This document shows positions 12,836 through 26,215 of a stretch of 64,000 bases of DNA, one piece after another. How positions within the stretch are numbered: position 1 is the first letter of the stretch; each line of letters opens with the position of its first letter. A program made the position numbers and the translations under genes. The stretch is from the human T2T-CHM13v2.0 reference genome, Homo sapiens. The notes beneath the pieces were generated by a model. That model did no database searches. It was not told the origin of the DNA and was given only the letters and a program-made list of their open reading frames with translations. The DNA lies in the NCBI RefSeq assembly GCF_009914755.1, contig NC_060928.1; one strand, 5' to 3'.

Positions 12836-13849
12836 AATGAAAGATTTTGTTGAAACTGATGTATAGGTATGATTTTAGTGGCTATGATATCTAGTTGTAA
12901 TGTGTAATACTCATTGAGCACTTACTGTTTAATCTTATGCATTAGTTCATTTAAAATCCTAAAAATTATGTTGTTATATTCATTTTTAGATGAAAAAACT
13001 GTGTGTATATATATGTATCTTTTACACACACATACATATAAAACATTGTGCAGATTTATAGCGAAGGTATAAATCTTTTATAATTCCTAGGAAGCATCAG
13101 AACAATATAATAAATGGCTGAATAAAGCAGATATAGCTCATTTGGGCCTTAAAAATAGAAATAATTTAGAGATTAGATGAATAAAGAGATAGGATGATTT
13201 GATAAAGGTAACGAAGGTGTTTGTGATAGTTTTCGTGAGCATGTAAGGTCACAGTTTTGAAAGAGGATATGTGGTTCAATATAAATTCCAGAAGATCTTG
13301 AATGATAGCCATAGGATTTTTGACTTTATCAGGAAATTGGGCACCATGTAGATTCTTAAATTAGGTATCAATATACTGAAACTACTTTTATCAATACCCA
13401 TGTTAGCTGGACTAATCTACAAATGGCTTGGAAATATTTTTAAAGATTACTTATTTTTAGGCTTGCCATTGTAAAAAAATTAATTCTTATTTCATATTTG
13501 ATTTTTATTAAATTTATAGGTTACTTAGAAACAAAATGTGCAGTTTGAATTGGAAGTGACCTGTCTTCTACGTATATCCCTTTTTAATCTTAACACTCCT
13601 GAGATTTTAGTAAGCAGCACAATATTTATCACTTGTTTACAACTTAATGTATAAACCTTTTTACTTGTGAGCACAGAAATACATTCAGACACCACTGACT
13701 CTTATTATAGTTTGAATCTTATATTCCATTATTTTGTTTAACATTGCTATATTTGGGAGAAATATATTTTATGTTTTATAATATATCTAAACATACTAAA
13801 TTTGCTATGGCATTTAGCATGAATTAGATGTCAGAATAGATCTGATAAT

Positions 13850-14292
13850 GCAATTCCTTGCTTAACTCTTTTCTTTGCATTATTCTTAGAATACAAATCC
13901 AAATAATTAGTATGGCCAGACCCCAGGTGCTATGGCTTCTATCCATCCCTCCAGCTTCCTCTCACATCACTCTCTTCATGGCCAACTCTGCTCCAGCACT
14001 CTGTACCGTTTCTTCAGTTGTGGTTCTTTCCTGATTGAGAATATTCATGCAGACTATTGTTTTTACCTAGAGCATTATCTTTCACCCCATCCACTTTTTC
14101 CTGGGCAGCACTTATTCATGATTGTATTTGCTTGATCATCTGTTTGATATCTGACTCCCTGTTCTGATTGTAACCTCAATGAGGTTGGAGATTGTGTCTA
14201 TTATGTCACACTGTGGTACATTCGTTGCCCTGCAGAGGACCAGGCATGTAGTTGGTGTTCAGTAAATATTTGTTAAATGAGGTGAATGAATG
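13850..14292 (+). mobile_element. L2 3' region
   Basis: 'cttagaatacaaatccaaa...gattgtaacctcaatgagg...cagtaaatatttgttaaatgaggtgaatgaatg'. Confidence 0.75.
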
Positions 14293-14819
14293 TCTCCCAG
14301 ACCAATTAAGTTGTACTTTGATGTTTTTCAAACACATCGGAGTGTGAATTGCCACAAGGAAGCCTGTTAGCTGTTTGAAGCCTTCTGCAATTTTTCTTTT
14401 TTCTATTATCTCATATATTGATTTATATTTGAATCAATGGCCATTTACACTGTTTTAAACATTACATCCCCTATCTTTATGTAAGCTTGCATTCAGAATT
14501 AATGTCTGAACCCCAACGAAAACCAGTCTTTGGGTATATCAGTAAGGAGCTTTCCAATGAAACAGTTACATGCATTTTTTATGAACATTAGAATTAGCAG
14601 TGCAGAAAACACATAGAAATTCCCAGTACACATGTATTCACTGCCTTAAGGCTGTTGGCTAACAGATTACCCTTAACTGTATAGGAATGTGCTCTTATTT
14701 GTTGGGTAAATAGAATATATGTGATGATTTCGTTTTTACAGACTGTCGTTTTCTTCACAATAAACATTATTTAATTTTAATATTTTAACATTAAGGAATA
14801 TATTAATTCTATAATTTAT

Positions 14820-15075
14820 TTTAAACAATTATTGAACAGTTGTTTTATGCAAGGCGCTTTTTAGCGTGCAAACCAATAAGGCATAATCTCTGGCTTTAAG
14901 GAGTCTATTTGTAAGCTAGTGAGAAAATAGGGCAAGTGCCATAAGCAGTCTACAAACAGCCATGGGGACATGAGGGGAAACAATTAATTTCAACATGGGA
15001 ATCAATTAAACCTTCACTGAAATAGGTGATATTAGACATGAACATTTAAAGATGAGTAAGATTTCTGTTAGACTG
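14820..15075 (-). mobile_element. L2 3' region
   Basis: 'aaacaattattgaac...ctctggctttaaggagtc...ccttcactgaaataggtgatattagac'. Confidence 0.6.
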
Positions 15076-17214
15076 ATAAGAATTATATGACACCCTCTGT
15101 GTGTTTAGTATAGGGTTTTCAATTTCAAAGTAAATGGGAAGTAAACAAAACCATCAGGTAGAGATCAAACGATTTGCTTTATTAATAGTAGATCTCAGTT
15201 AAAAACCAAAGTCTGGACTTGCAGCCAAATGGTTTTGCAAGTATTTCTCTTCTAGAGTTAAAACTTACCCAGACCAAGAGAGAGAAGAGAACCAGGTCCT
15301 GTGGGAACTGTGAAATTTTACACTTTCTTTTGCTAAATTGAAGAATATAGACATCAATGACAGACACATGAGGTCCCACCCAATCTCTGCTTCTCCCTTG
15401 GGCAGCAGCAACTGAGCAATGAAGAGGTTTTCTAGGATGTTTTTGTCTTCGAATTACAGGTTTCTGCATGAGAGAGAGACTTAGAGTTTCCTCTAGCAGT
15501 ATTTTTCTAAAGAGAAACTTGCCTAAATTTTAAAAGATATATTCTTGTAATACTTAAATAAGGCCTTTTTGGTTCTAATGTTGGCTTTTCTTTAAAGCCA
15601 TCATTTTGTTTGGAAGAAAAACTACTTAATGTCCATTTTAGTCCCTCTTCCTTCAAAGACATTTAAAAGGAAGTCATGTTTGTACTAGTGGACCTCTTGG
15701 GCAAATAATATTAAAAAGATATTGTGTTTGATTTGTGAATGAAACCCAGGGTTGATTTTAATACGGTCATCATAAAATAAGTTAAAGGACATTATTTCAT
15801 TGTGCAATCTAATAAACCTAACCACACTATTAAGATTCAGTTAAATTCAATTTTACTTTACTACTAAAAATATTTTCATGAAATACTATCCTTAGATTTA
15901 AGAAACGTTTCTATAGTGATGGTTAATTTGTATTGGCAATTGTAAATAAAGTTGTTTGATAGAATGCAAAGACTAGGATCATATGTTGCTATCGGGTCTA
16001 CCTAACTTTCCCTATCTGTCATATTTTATAGAGGAAATATTTGTAGGTTATGGACTTCAGTGTGAGACCTTTGGCTGTGAAAGTTTATTAGCTGACTCCA
16101 GTTACACTGATTTATGCAGTAGTAAATATGATGAAAGGGGAGGGATTGTGTTTTACTGGTAAGAAAAACAGTAGAGCAGAGGGGATTAGACTTGTATTTC
16201 AAGTCATCTACTCTCTGGGGCATATTTTCCTTATAAAAATGTTTCAATGATATAAATGCCCATTTAATAGAATATGAATATTTATCAATTAAACAGTATT
16301 ATAGAAGAGTTGCAGAACTGAATTTTCTTTCTCCATAAGGCCTAATAGGTACACAAGTAATAAAAAAATAAAACTGATCTTTCTCTTTCCTCAAATAGAT
16401 TTATGCATGTGTAAATACATGTGTGATATGTTCTCTTATATGACATGAATTTATATCTATAATGCTGATAAAATTAAACTAGCATTTAATTTTTTTAGGG
16501 TTATTGTGCAATGATAAACTCATAAAAAAGAGCCAATTAAAACCCATTCTTGGATTTCTTGTTATGGAACGGCTGTACCCTGAGTCAGTAATTGGGAACA
16601 CACAGATGGAATCAGCCCCCATAAAAACACAATCTCTGACTCGATAGAACCTATGGACTCTGGCAAAAATAGGAATGATATTAGGAATCTCGAATAGTGG
16701 GTCAGAGAAGTAGACAAATTGGTCATTTTCACCTAAATATTTGCACTTAGCACTGTGATACAACTTCACCGATGGCTTCTGTTCCATCTTTCTGCTTTTC
16801 TACTGGTTTATTTCTACCACTCATCTTTGCTTATTATGCTATATTGCTGGTATTGCTTTTTGTAATGGAAGAGTGTTTGTTTAGAGATAAGTGAAGGATT
16901 CACTGAATGGGGCACTATCCACACAATCTCCTTTCCTTTACTCTTCTGGAGATACTGGCATGAAGAACGGGGCTGCAAACTGGTGAGTGGGTTGGGCAGT
17001 AGGAAATGAGGAGACAGCATCTTGTGCATTCTTGTTTCCTTCTTGTCCTCTTCTCTCTGAAGCACATTCAATTTTGCTGTCTTTACTTCTGCTTCCATTG
17101 CCAGACTGTCAAGGACAGCTGAAGAAAAATCAGACAGACTTGTGGATCAGTGCTATTACACATATAAGGTTTTTAGCCTCAGCCGAACCTTGAGTACTGC
17201 TCAGCAAATCCTTT

Positions 17215-17600
17215 CCCCTGTCTCCCAGGCAGCTCCCTTTCTCATCTATCATGCTCTTTGTATTTGCATGTGCTATTCTTTTCCTGAAATACATTTAAAA
17301 AATTTCTTCTCCAGATAAAGCCTAGTCATCCTTCAAGACAAGTCTGGAATGCTACGTCAATTTATGAAGCTTTATAGTCTGCCACTTCCTCCTGTCCATC
17401 GTCCTCATGTCTTGGCCCCAGCAGAGTTAGTTTCTTTCTTTCGTGTACAACACAAGAGGCATTGTCATTATTGTTTATGCCTTTCTCTCCCACATGCAAT
17501 TACTGGAGGCCATGTCCTTGCCTCATTAATTGTTGTCTTGCCCAGTACTTGGCACATGGTTGGCATTAGTTTAGGTTTGTTTAGTAAATCAATGCCTGTG
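17215..17600 (+). mobile_element. L2 3' region
   Basis: 'tcatccttcaagacaagtctggaatg...cccagtacttggcacatggttggcatt'. Confidence 0.6.
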
Positions 17601-18691
17601 AATATGTTGCCAGTCTCAAAATGCAGTTTGCAAGAGGGGCAAGAGCCATCATATTCACATTTGTCACAAATGTCTTCCTATTTATAATTATCATACTTTA
17701 TTTTAAACACATCACTGTGTAGTAATAGCATTAAGTGGTAAACAGATGCAAGGGTGAAGAAATAGTTCACATGATAATCTAGGTTCCCTGCTTTCAGATA
17801 GGGCAATAAAATACCTTCAGGCAGATAGCAGCTGTCTGTCCTTATTCTTCGTCTTTATTTTCTTTTACAAGATTTTTCAGGCTATAGGCTTCTGTGATAT
17901 CTGTGAGTCCCCCCTGCCACAGTTTGTTAGCATCTGATCTGTAGCTACCACTTATATTAGCTTTCTCTGTATTTCCCACCCTTATCATCACTTTTCTTTT
18001 CTACTGTCTGTTGTCTCCTAACTATGGCCCTTTTCTACATAAAATCTACAACTCTTTTCAGATCTCATTTTTGTCAGCCACTTGCCAGCTGTTGAGGCAA
18101 CAGCTGATTTTTGTTATGTAGTGAAAGGGTGGGGCCCTTAGCTCACAGCTGCCAAGCTTCTGGTTCTTTTCCCTCACTGCCTTGAAAGCCCAAGTCCCTT
18201 ATTACATAAAATAGCCCAGCTGCTATCTATCTTGTAACAGGTGATCAGGGAAGAGCTTTCTGTAGGATGATTAATAATAAGACTAGTTATGAGCTAGATG
18301 GTGCCTGACAGAACTTATATCAAGCATCGGGGGGAGTTTAGTCATTGCTATGTTGCTGTATATTAGGGTTTCTTAAAAGAGATGATTTATGACAAAATTT
18401 AAAAATTTACAGGAGTTATTTTTGTATACCCAAATTTGTTTTGGTTTTACCATACATTTAAATTTAGATGTGTTATTTAGGTTGAAACTTAGCAATATTG
18501 GCTTTGAAGACACCCAAGTCTAATGTAAATTTTATGTTTTATTATTTTTCTTATTTTTGTTACATTATAATTTTAATTTTGTGTTTTCCAGCAAAAATGA
18601 AGTTAACTATACCCTAAATAACATATTTATGATAATAACCCTTTTCCTATATATTAACCAAAATGAGGTGTGTATATATATTTATATATTA

Positions 18692-18827
18692 TAAAACTTA
18701 GCATATATTCCAATTCTGAGCCATCCCTCTTCCCATATATACCTTCTAATAAAGTTCCTCTTCAGAAAAAGAATATATATATGGGGGGAAGGGGATGGCT
18801 CAGAATTGGAATAAATGCTAAGATTTA
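18692..18827. repeat. Long near-perfect inverted repeat (hairpin/cruciform)
   Basis: 18706-18727 is the exact reverse complement of 18792-18813 (22 bp); 18697-18704 pairs with 18815-18822; further pairing extends inward and outward. Confidence 0.95.
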
Positions 18828-19099
18828 CTAGGATTACTGATTGTGTGGCATTAAAATTCATCATGTGCTTACAGGAAAGATATTCAATTTATACTATATA
18901 ACACAACACAAATTGAATGCTACCACTTATGGATTATCTTCCAAGCAAACATGATATGTAATAATATAACAATGTGAGATTGAGATTTTTTTAAAGGAAG
19001 AGAAATAATTTTTTCTGTAAATTTTAGTTTCAGGCATCTTTGCCATGAGCATATTGGCTTTCAAACCATGATGAAAAGCAGTCACTTTTTTTTTAGCTA

Positions 19100-19225
19100 A
19101 ATTCATTTAACCATTAAGTTATCATATATTTATTGAGTTCTCATAAAGTTTCAGACACTGAGCTACATCCTGGGGATAGGGTGCTGGGTACAACACATAA
19201 AGAGCCTTCATTGCATTCTGTTGCA
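19100..19225 (-). mobile_element. L2 3' terminal fragment
   Basis: 'atatttattgagttctc...cagacactgagctacatcctggggatag'. Confidence 0.6.
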
Positions 19226-21204
19226 ATTCAGAGAGTGTTTTTATAAATAGAAACCCTGCCTGTGTATGTTCTCCTATAGACAGACCAAGATATATGTGAT
19301 AATTCTTGTAATGTAGATTCTATAAACATACTTAGCTCTTTTCTGAAAGTTCTTGGGGCATTCACTTTTTGACAGCACAAATTGTAAATCTTGGATAAAA
19401 TCATTATCTGCATTGGTTGTGATGGTAGTTAGACACATTTCAAAGGGTTTGTTTTTCAACTTATTTCCCATGTATTGCCACAATTCAAAGTTGCCCATCT
19501 CTCCTCACCCCGAATGGTAATTAGATATTGACTCTTTTCAGGCAAATTTCAGTCAGTTTTAGGGTTTTCTAATTAAACAACGGAAGGATACTTGTGATAG
19601 CATTTACATTCTGTAGTTTTGTATTCTACATATTTTACATTAAAATATATGATTGCCTTTTCCTACCCCTGTATAATTTAGGTTTATGAGAAATTGTTAT
19701 TTTCCTTTCTTAGATATTAAAATGATACTCAAAGGTATCAATAATAATAATAATAGCTATAATTTATACATCAGGAGCAATTGTCAAGAATGATACCATA
19801 ACGATACTTTATAGTAACCAAGGAAGTTATCCTGTGATATGTTTCCTTGCTCGTAGAGTTAATAGCAAAGAAATGAACCACATGAATCCCCAATTTATAC
19901 TTTGAAGAAATGCAAAACCATTCAAAGAAAAATTAATTTGTATATGTTTTAGAGCTATTTTATTTACTCTAGATATCCCTGTACAAGAAGAGTGTAGTAA
20001 TTTCATTTAAAAGGTTTAGAGGGGCGAACTGCTCTATGTGTGAAATGCAGTGTTGACTCACTGAATTGAAACCTTCTCATTTGCTTTTCTTTGCTTCTTT
20101 AGCAGTTAGATCAAGTGCTGCTGTAGAGTAATTTTTTTTTTTGGTCATTCTCATAGATTTTCAGATTATCTTCTAAAGCAGACCCATGGTGAGTTATTGA
20201 AATGCTTCATTTCAGAAAGTTACATATGACTAAGCATGCCCTAAATTGAAAAGTTAAATTAAATTATTGCTTATGTAACATTTCTTTCCAAGTATTGAGT
20301 CTGATTACTTACTAAGCAACTCATCAGTGATTTTATTTTCACTGCCTCAGTCAATTTATTGTTTATTTAAGGTGTTTTAAAGAACAAATTTCACTGCTAT
20401 TTTATAATCAGCTCAGCTAAACAGCAAATACTAGGTTAATATTATAATATTGAATGTCTTTTGGTATAATCTGACATGATTTATTTGTAGGTTGCTGACA
20501 AAAGGGATGAAATGGTTAATGGCTAGAACATGTAGGCAAAATCTTAAATGGATTTAAAATTAGCTATCTTATATTTGTCTAAAATACTCTTTATTCCTTG
20601 AGACACCAAGTTTTCTTTTAAAAGCACATCTAATCAATTTCAAAGTGAAGAAAAATAGAGTCCGAGCCAGTTTTGAAAATTATTTCTCCTTGAAATGTTC
20701 AGAGTGCTGGAATTTATTTTACAGTTCCACCTAACCAGGCTTCTGGACTGAAAGGAAGGGAATGAATAGTGTCTAAATCTGCTTTAGGAGAGAGCTTGTT
20801 TATCGAGCTACACCTCATTTTCCTTTATCTGTCACTACGTAAATAATAGGTCGAATTTCTTGGATGGTTGTATTCTACGTGCACAGCATAAAGCTTGAGT
20901 CAACTAACTGTAGCAATTTTGATTCTTCCGTAAGCTTTCCTTTTCTTGCTAAGCTTGCTTCTCCATCTAACCTTCCTGTTTCCAACAGGATGCAAACAGA
21001 ATTATGAAGTTTAGACAATTAGAGTCTTCGTGTCTATCTTTAAATTCATGCATTCAGTCTGGAAATGAAGTACGGGTTTTTTTGCAGGATGAAATAGAAA
21101 TTACAGTGAAGTGGACTGTTAGGAATAAATGGATTTCTTTTTCTTTTTTGAAGCTTTCAACATTGTGTTCGGCAAAATCTTTCAGTAAAGGTAATACATT
21201 CATA

Positions 21205-21710
21205 AGGATTAACTGTGTCCAACAGTGTTTATCAGAAAACCCAACATATTAGGGGCCTAGACAGTACAGAAATACATTTCTCTGTCTTGGAAAAAGAAGT
21301 TTAGCAGTAAGTGATGCATGGCTCTATGTTGTCTTCATGATCTGGAGAGACCAAAGCTCCTGCCTCACCCTCCTCCTCCTCCTCCTCCTGCATTTTGACT
21401 CTGGCGTTCATTCTCTGGATCACCTCACATTAAAGATGGCTTCTGGTGCTACACCTACCTCATTTACATTCCATATTGCATGAAGGAAACAAAGGAAACA
21501 AACAGTGACAAAAGGAATGCATTTTCCAGCTAATCAGCAGCTTTCTAGGAAATTCTACACAACGCTCATGTATCATTAGCTTGAATTTAATCACATGGCC
21601 ACACCTAGCTGAAAACGTTGGGAAACGTAGTCTTTTAACTGAGTGTATTGCCCCATAAATAAAATTGAAAAGGAAAGAATGGATACTATGCACGATTAGC
21701 AGTCACTGTT
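21205..21710 (-). mobile_element. Old MLT1 (MLT1J-like) LTR containing a short (CCT)n run
   Basis: 'aagatggcttctg', 'atcacatggccacacctagctg...gggaaacgtagtctttt'. Confidence 0.7.
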
Positions 21711-21711
21711 A

Positions 21712-21840
21712 TTTTCAATTTCCTCATCTTTAAAATGAGCAAGTGAGTGGCTTTCTCATGGTAGTTTTATGAGGATTAAGGGGGATACTGCGTAAATGAT
21801 TCTTAGGCCTGGAACATAGTAAACATTAACATAGTTCCCT
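21712..21840 (+). mobile_element. MIR 3' half
   Basis: 'caatttcctcatctttaaaatg...ttatgaggattaag...cctggaacatagtaaac'. Confidence 0.7.
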
Positions 21841-22699
21841 TTCTAATTCTCATTTCCCTTACCATTACTGTAACATTAAAGCAGCGGGAAGTCTCAAGGC
21901 TTTATGGACTCTTATGATGATCCACATTAACTTGTGAATTATTTCACTTTCGGGACTAATATGTGCTTTGTTTTGCAATTGGTGTCTCCTTGCATTGTCT
22001 CCCTTCTATAATGCCTTACTCAGTGTTGGGATGTAAGTATATTCTGCCTTTATGCCCTATATAACTAAGAATTGAGGATCAGTCACTCTTTGAAGTGGAA
22101 AAGGATTTGCCACAGGGTTGATAAATCTATCCTTCTGAAATTTTGGGGACTACAGAATTCCCTGAAGCTATCAATCTACCTGAGGAAGCAACAAGCTCTT
22201 TAGAACAGAGCATTCAATGGCAGTGAGGAACCAAGGCAGCCTCAAGTGGGTTACAGGACTGTTTTCTTGTTAAAGGAGGAGTTGGATTGGCTGATCTTTG
22301 GGGTTCTTCTTACTTCTTAAATAACATGATTCTAGGAATTCCATTTTCCTCACATCTTTTAAGTCACACACAGGTTCTTGTGATGTTTGGTGCCTTTTAT
22401 ATGTAGCCTGGATAGTAAGGGCCTGATCTGATGGCCTTGAAGGAGCTCCTATAATCTATACCATTGATTTTTGTTGCCTAAGATACTGACTTCTTTGTTT
22501 TTCTCTCTTGAATTCTAAGAATTGCCAGTTATTCAGATGTGAACCACTTCAAGTAAATTTTCCTGAAAGTGAAATCGTTTAGTGATACTTATACATTAGT
22601 ACATTTTTGACGTGCATGCTTATGTAAGAACTGCATATTTTTTATCTCAAATGTGCTGTGTGTTACTGACAGCTGAGAAGTTACAAATAACTCCAGGTA

Positions 22700-22900
22700 A
22701 ATACTGGTTCTGATATTTGTTACTTCTGTGCTGTTGGTAAGGTCACTTAAATGCCTAAAGACTTAGTTTCCTCATCTGTAAAATGGGAATATTTATAATA
22801 CTCTTTTTATAGGTTAAATGGGAGTGTTATAATAAAATCATAAATATGAAGCCTTAACAGTATATCTGGAGCAAGAGATCATTAAAATTATTTTATTACT
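22700..22900 (+). mobile_element. MIR SINE
   Basis: 'ggtaaggtcacttaa...cttagtttcctcatctgtaaaatggg'. Confidence 0.75.
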
Positions 22901-22949
22901 ACCGTTTCTATTATGGAAATTAACTTAGAAAACTAGATAATTTAACTAG

Positions 22950-23510
22950 AGTGATAGTCCATTTATATGTTGCTGTATAAAAAACTTCCCAAATCTAATG
23001 GCATAAAACAACTACTGTTTTATTATGCTCACAAATTATGTGGCAGAATTTGGACAGGGCAGTGAAGGTGAGTGCTTGTCTCTGCTCCATCATGCCTGGG
23101 GCTTCAGTGGGGAAGATTCCAAAGGCAGAGTGGGCCTCAGACGTCTGGGGCCTGGAATCATCTGGAGGCTCTTTCACTCACATGCCTGGTTTCTGGGCTG
23201 TGCTGACCAAAGGCTGTGCCTAGCTAGACTATTGACTAGAGAACCTACACATGGCCTCCCCATGTGACCTGGACTTCTCCCAGTATGACAGCTGTGTTTG
23301 GAAAGGGAACGCTCGGAGAGCAGGTGTATCAGGTAACCACGAGGAAGCTGCATGGCATTTGATGACCTCACTTCAGATGTCAGATGTCCCATGGCATCAC
23401 TTTTGCCACATTCTATTAGTTGAAGAATTCACAGGCCCTCCCAGATTCAAGGTGAAAGGACACCGATGTTTAAGTCTTCTTGGTACAGTGTCGAGCAACT
23501 TGTGGTTATC
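22950..23510 (-). mobile_element. MLT1 (MLT1H-like) LTR
   Basis: 'ttgctgtataa...ttattatgctcaca...ctggaatcatctggaggct...cctacacatggcctcccca...catcacttttgccacattctatt...cccagattcaagg'. Confidence 0.82.
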
Positions 23511-23763
23511 GCCAATGAGATGACAAGGAGTAAACATGATTAACTTTGAAAACAGTTTTTCTATAAATTATTCTCAAGAAAGTAATTTAACTATAATGTG
23601 TCAACTACTATGGGCAAGCAGTTTCAGGTTTCCATCAGAGGCCTAAAACCACTGTAAATTTAATCCTAGATTTTCATCTTCTTAATCTTGGATCTTCACA
23701 CTCTCAACTCTAGGATTTTTTTTTTTTTTCAGTTTAAAAGTCATTGTGATCCTCAAGCAGTGA

Positions 23764-24131
<368 letters not shown>

Positions 24132-25627
24132 TGAGGACAAATTGCCTATTTTAAAAATGTCTAGATCAGTATCATGCATATAAGTTCATTGTATGTACAT
24201 TAAATTAAATAAAAACATGTCTGTAAACCCCTTTTAAAAGCTATAAGGAACAACAGGAGGTAAATTTTTCTTAACTCAGTATGTTATTTACTAATATTGT
24301 ATCATTAACATCATCATTACACTATTTTGTCAAAAGATTTGAAAAAAAGTGAGTTTGATAAATGTTTTAAAGTTAGAATTCATTACAGACAAATAAGTGA
24401 TTCAAATTTTTGAATGACAGTGAATGAATATTTTTAAAACTTTGTTCTAGGGGCTGTAGTTGTAATTGTGTTTCAGTTGTAAATGTCTCATTAACTTTAT
24501 AAATTGATTCCTGTTATTTGTTTGGAAGTGAAAGCACAATAATATCAAATTCAGCTAATAGCTCGCTTTGTCAGATCACTGTATTTTAGATCGTTTCTGA
24601 TTTCGTTTGTCTCAAATTAGATGAACTTTTTTTTTTTTTTTAAGTCCCGGTAGCTTGATTCAAAATGTGACATTTTGGCACTCAGTAGTTAATGATACTA
24701 TTCTAAACTTTAAAATCAAAAAGGAAATATATTTACATCTAAATGACCATACTGTCTTCTGCTCATCATGTCTGCTATTTAATTTTTATTTTTAGTGACC
24801 TCAGAGTAGGAATACCTTACATAGGCTCATGTCTGAAAATGATTTGAAAAGCCAGGTAAACTTGCCTTTTCTGGATGCTTTTTTCTCCTCTGAGTGAGGT
24901 GAGGACACTGAGGTTAAGGTGTGTCATGCATGTATTTTTTTACTTATTTTCAGTCTAAGCCAGTTATATGAGTAGCTCTAATGGTTAACTTTGTAAATCA
25001 TTCAGGAATCTGGCTGCTTTCTGAAAACATACCTGGGCCTTCAGGCAGCCACCTACAGGTGATTGCGCCTGGATGTTTGCCTAAAGATGATTTAGAAAAT
25101 TGGTTGGAAGCTTTGCTCTTCCCCAGCTATCAAGAATTAACCTGCCAGAAATTTGCAAACACAGCAAAGTTATGTTAATGATTCTGACTCATGCACAAGA
25201 TTTTCTTTTTTAAAAAATATAAAGCTGACTATTCCAAATTCCAAAGATTCAGCATTTATTATTTGGTAATTTACTTTTATATTGCAGAATGAGTAGGACA
25301 TTCATTACCAGACCCCTTGACTGTCTCAAACCTTTAGGTTGTTGACTCAGTGTACTTATTGGAGGTAGGTAACCAGTATTCTCTTACTCCATTGACAAAC
25401 ATGGGTTCTCATTTGTTGGGAAAAAAGAGAGGAAAGTCTTTGTACCAAAGACTTACACCAAGAGGAATTGTTGTCTGATTTCCAAACAGGCCAGGGAATA
25501 TACTGTGTTGCAGGATCCCCTTGGGTATTCATTAAAGCATAGTGACTGTGTCACAGGGGTGAGAGCCTAGAGAGCTGACATGGACCTATTTTGTAATATG
25601 TGCACAACTTTGTTTGTATGTTCAGTT

Positions 25628-25628
<1 letters not shown>

Positions 25629-25662
<34 letters not shown>
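25629..25662 (+). repeat. (CA)17 microsatellite followed by TA-rich units
   Basis: Seen directly. Confidence 0.95.
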
Positions 25663-25668
<6 letters not shown>

Positions 25669-26215
25669 TATATATATAGGATTAAGTATATTTATAGCCT
25701 TTCCAATCAATACCATTTGTATTACAAATTTATTTCTAGAATTACTTTGTACTTTATAATGAAAGTGAGCTTCAAAGGCTTTGAAATTTTGCATATAAGT
25801 TAGTAAATTGTTATCTCTGTGAGAGTTGCACCAGATGATCTCTAAATGCTCTTGCAGCTCTAAATCCCTATGATTCTGTGAACCACGATTATTTTTTCCC
25901 AAATTAAGCCTCCACCTATATGATTTTTGGCCTTTGCTTAATTCTGAGTGTATACATCTTTATCAAAATACTGTACAAGCAGTCAAGTCGCATTATCAAT
26001 AATCAGTAGTTGAGAAAAAGAAAGCTTGCTAATTTGGGCTTTTTTCATATTAACCACTGCTCAAACTCATTATGCATTATTTCTTTTTCAGTTAGAGGAG
26101 TTCATTTACATTCAGCATCTTTGGGTTAAGTCAAGGTGAAAAAGCATTCACCGTACAGTCCCCAATTCACTTCCATCTTCTAGAATTGTGAGTCATTTTT
26201 TTAGAAGTTTTAAAA

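Noticed and set aside
16479-16787. 102-aa minus-strand ORF in unique sequence
   Set aside because: No recognisable domain or splice context; this length is attainable by chance in 64 kb across six frames
19068-19161. Box C (ATGATGA) followed by box D (CTGA), as in a C/D snoRNA
   Set aside because: No terminal stem, and the 3' part lies in an L2 remnant
19714-19734. 21-nt frame-preserving micro-exon candidate after 'ttttcctttcttag'
   Set aside because: Donor AAG|GTATCA is weak and there is no other support
22995-23523. Cluster of five overlapping ORFs
   Set aside because: All lie within a GC-richer MLT1 LTR with few stop codons; no protein similarity recognised
25567-25902. 111-aa ORF, and the HT/CV-repeat ORFs at 10383, 25600 and 63077
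   Set aside because: Extended by stop-free (CA)n/(TG)n microsatellites
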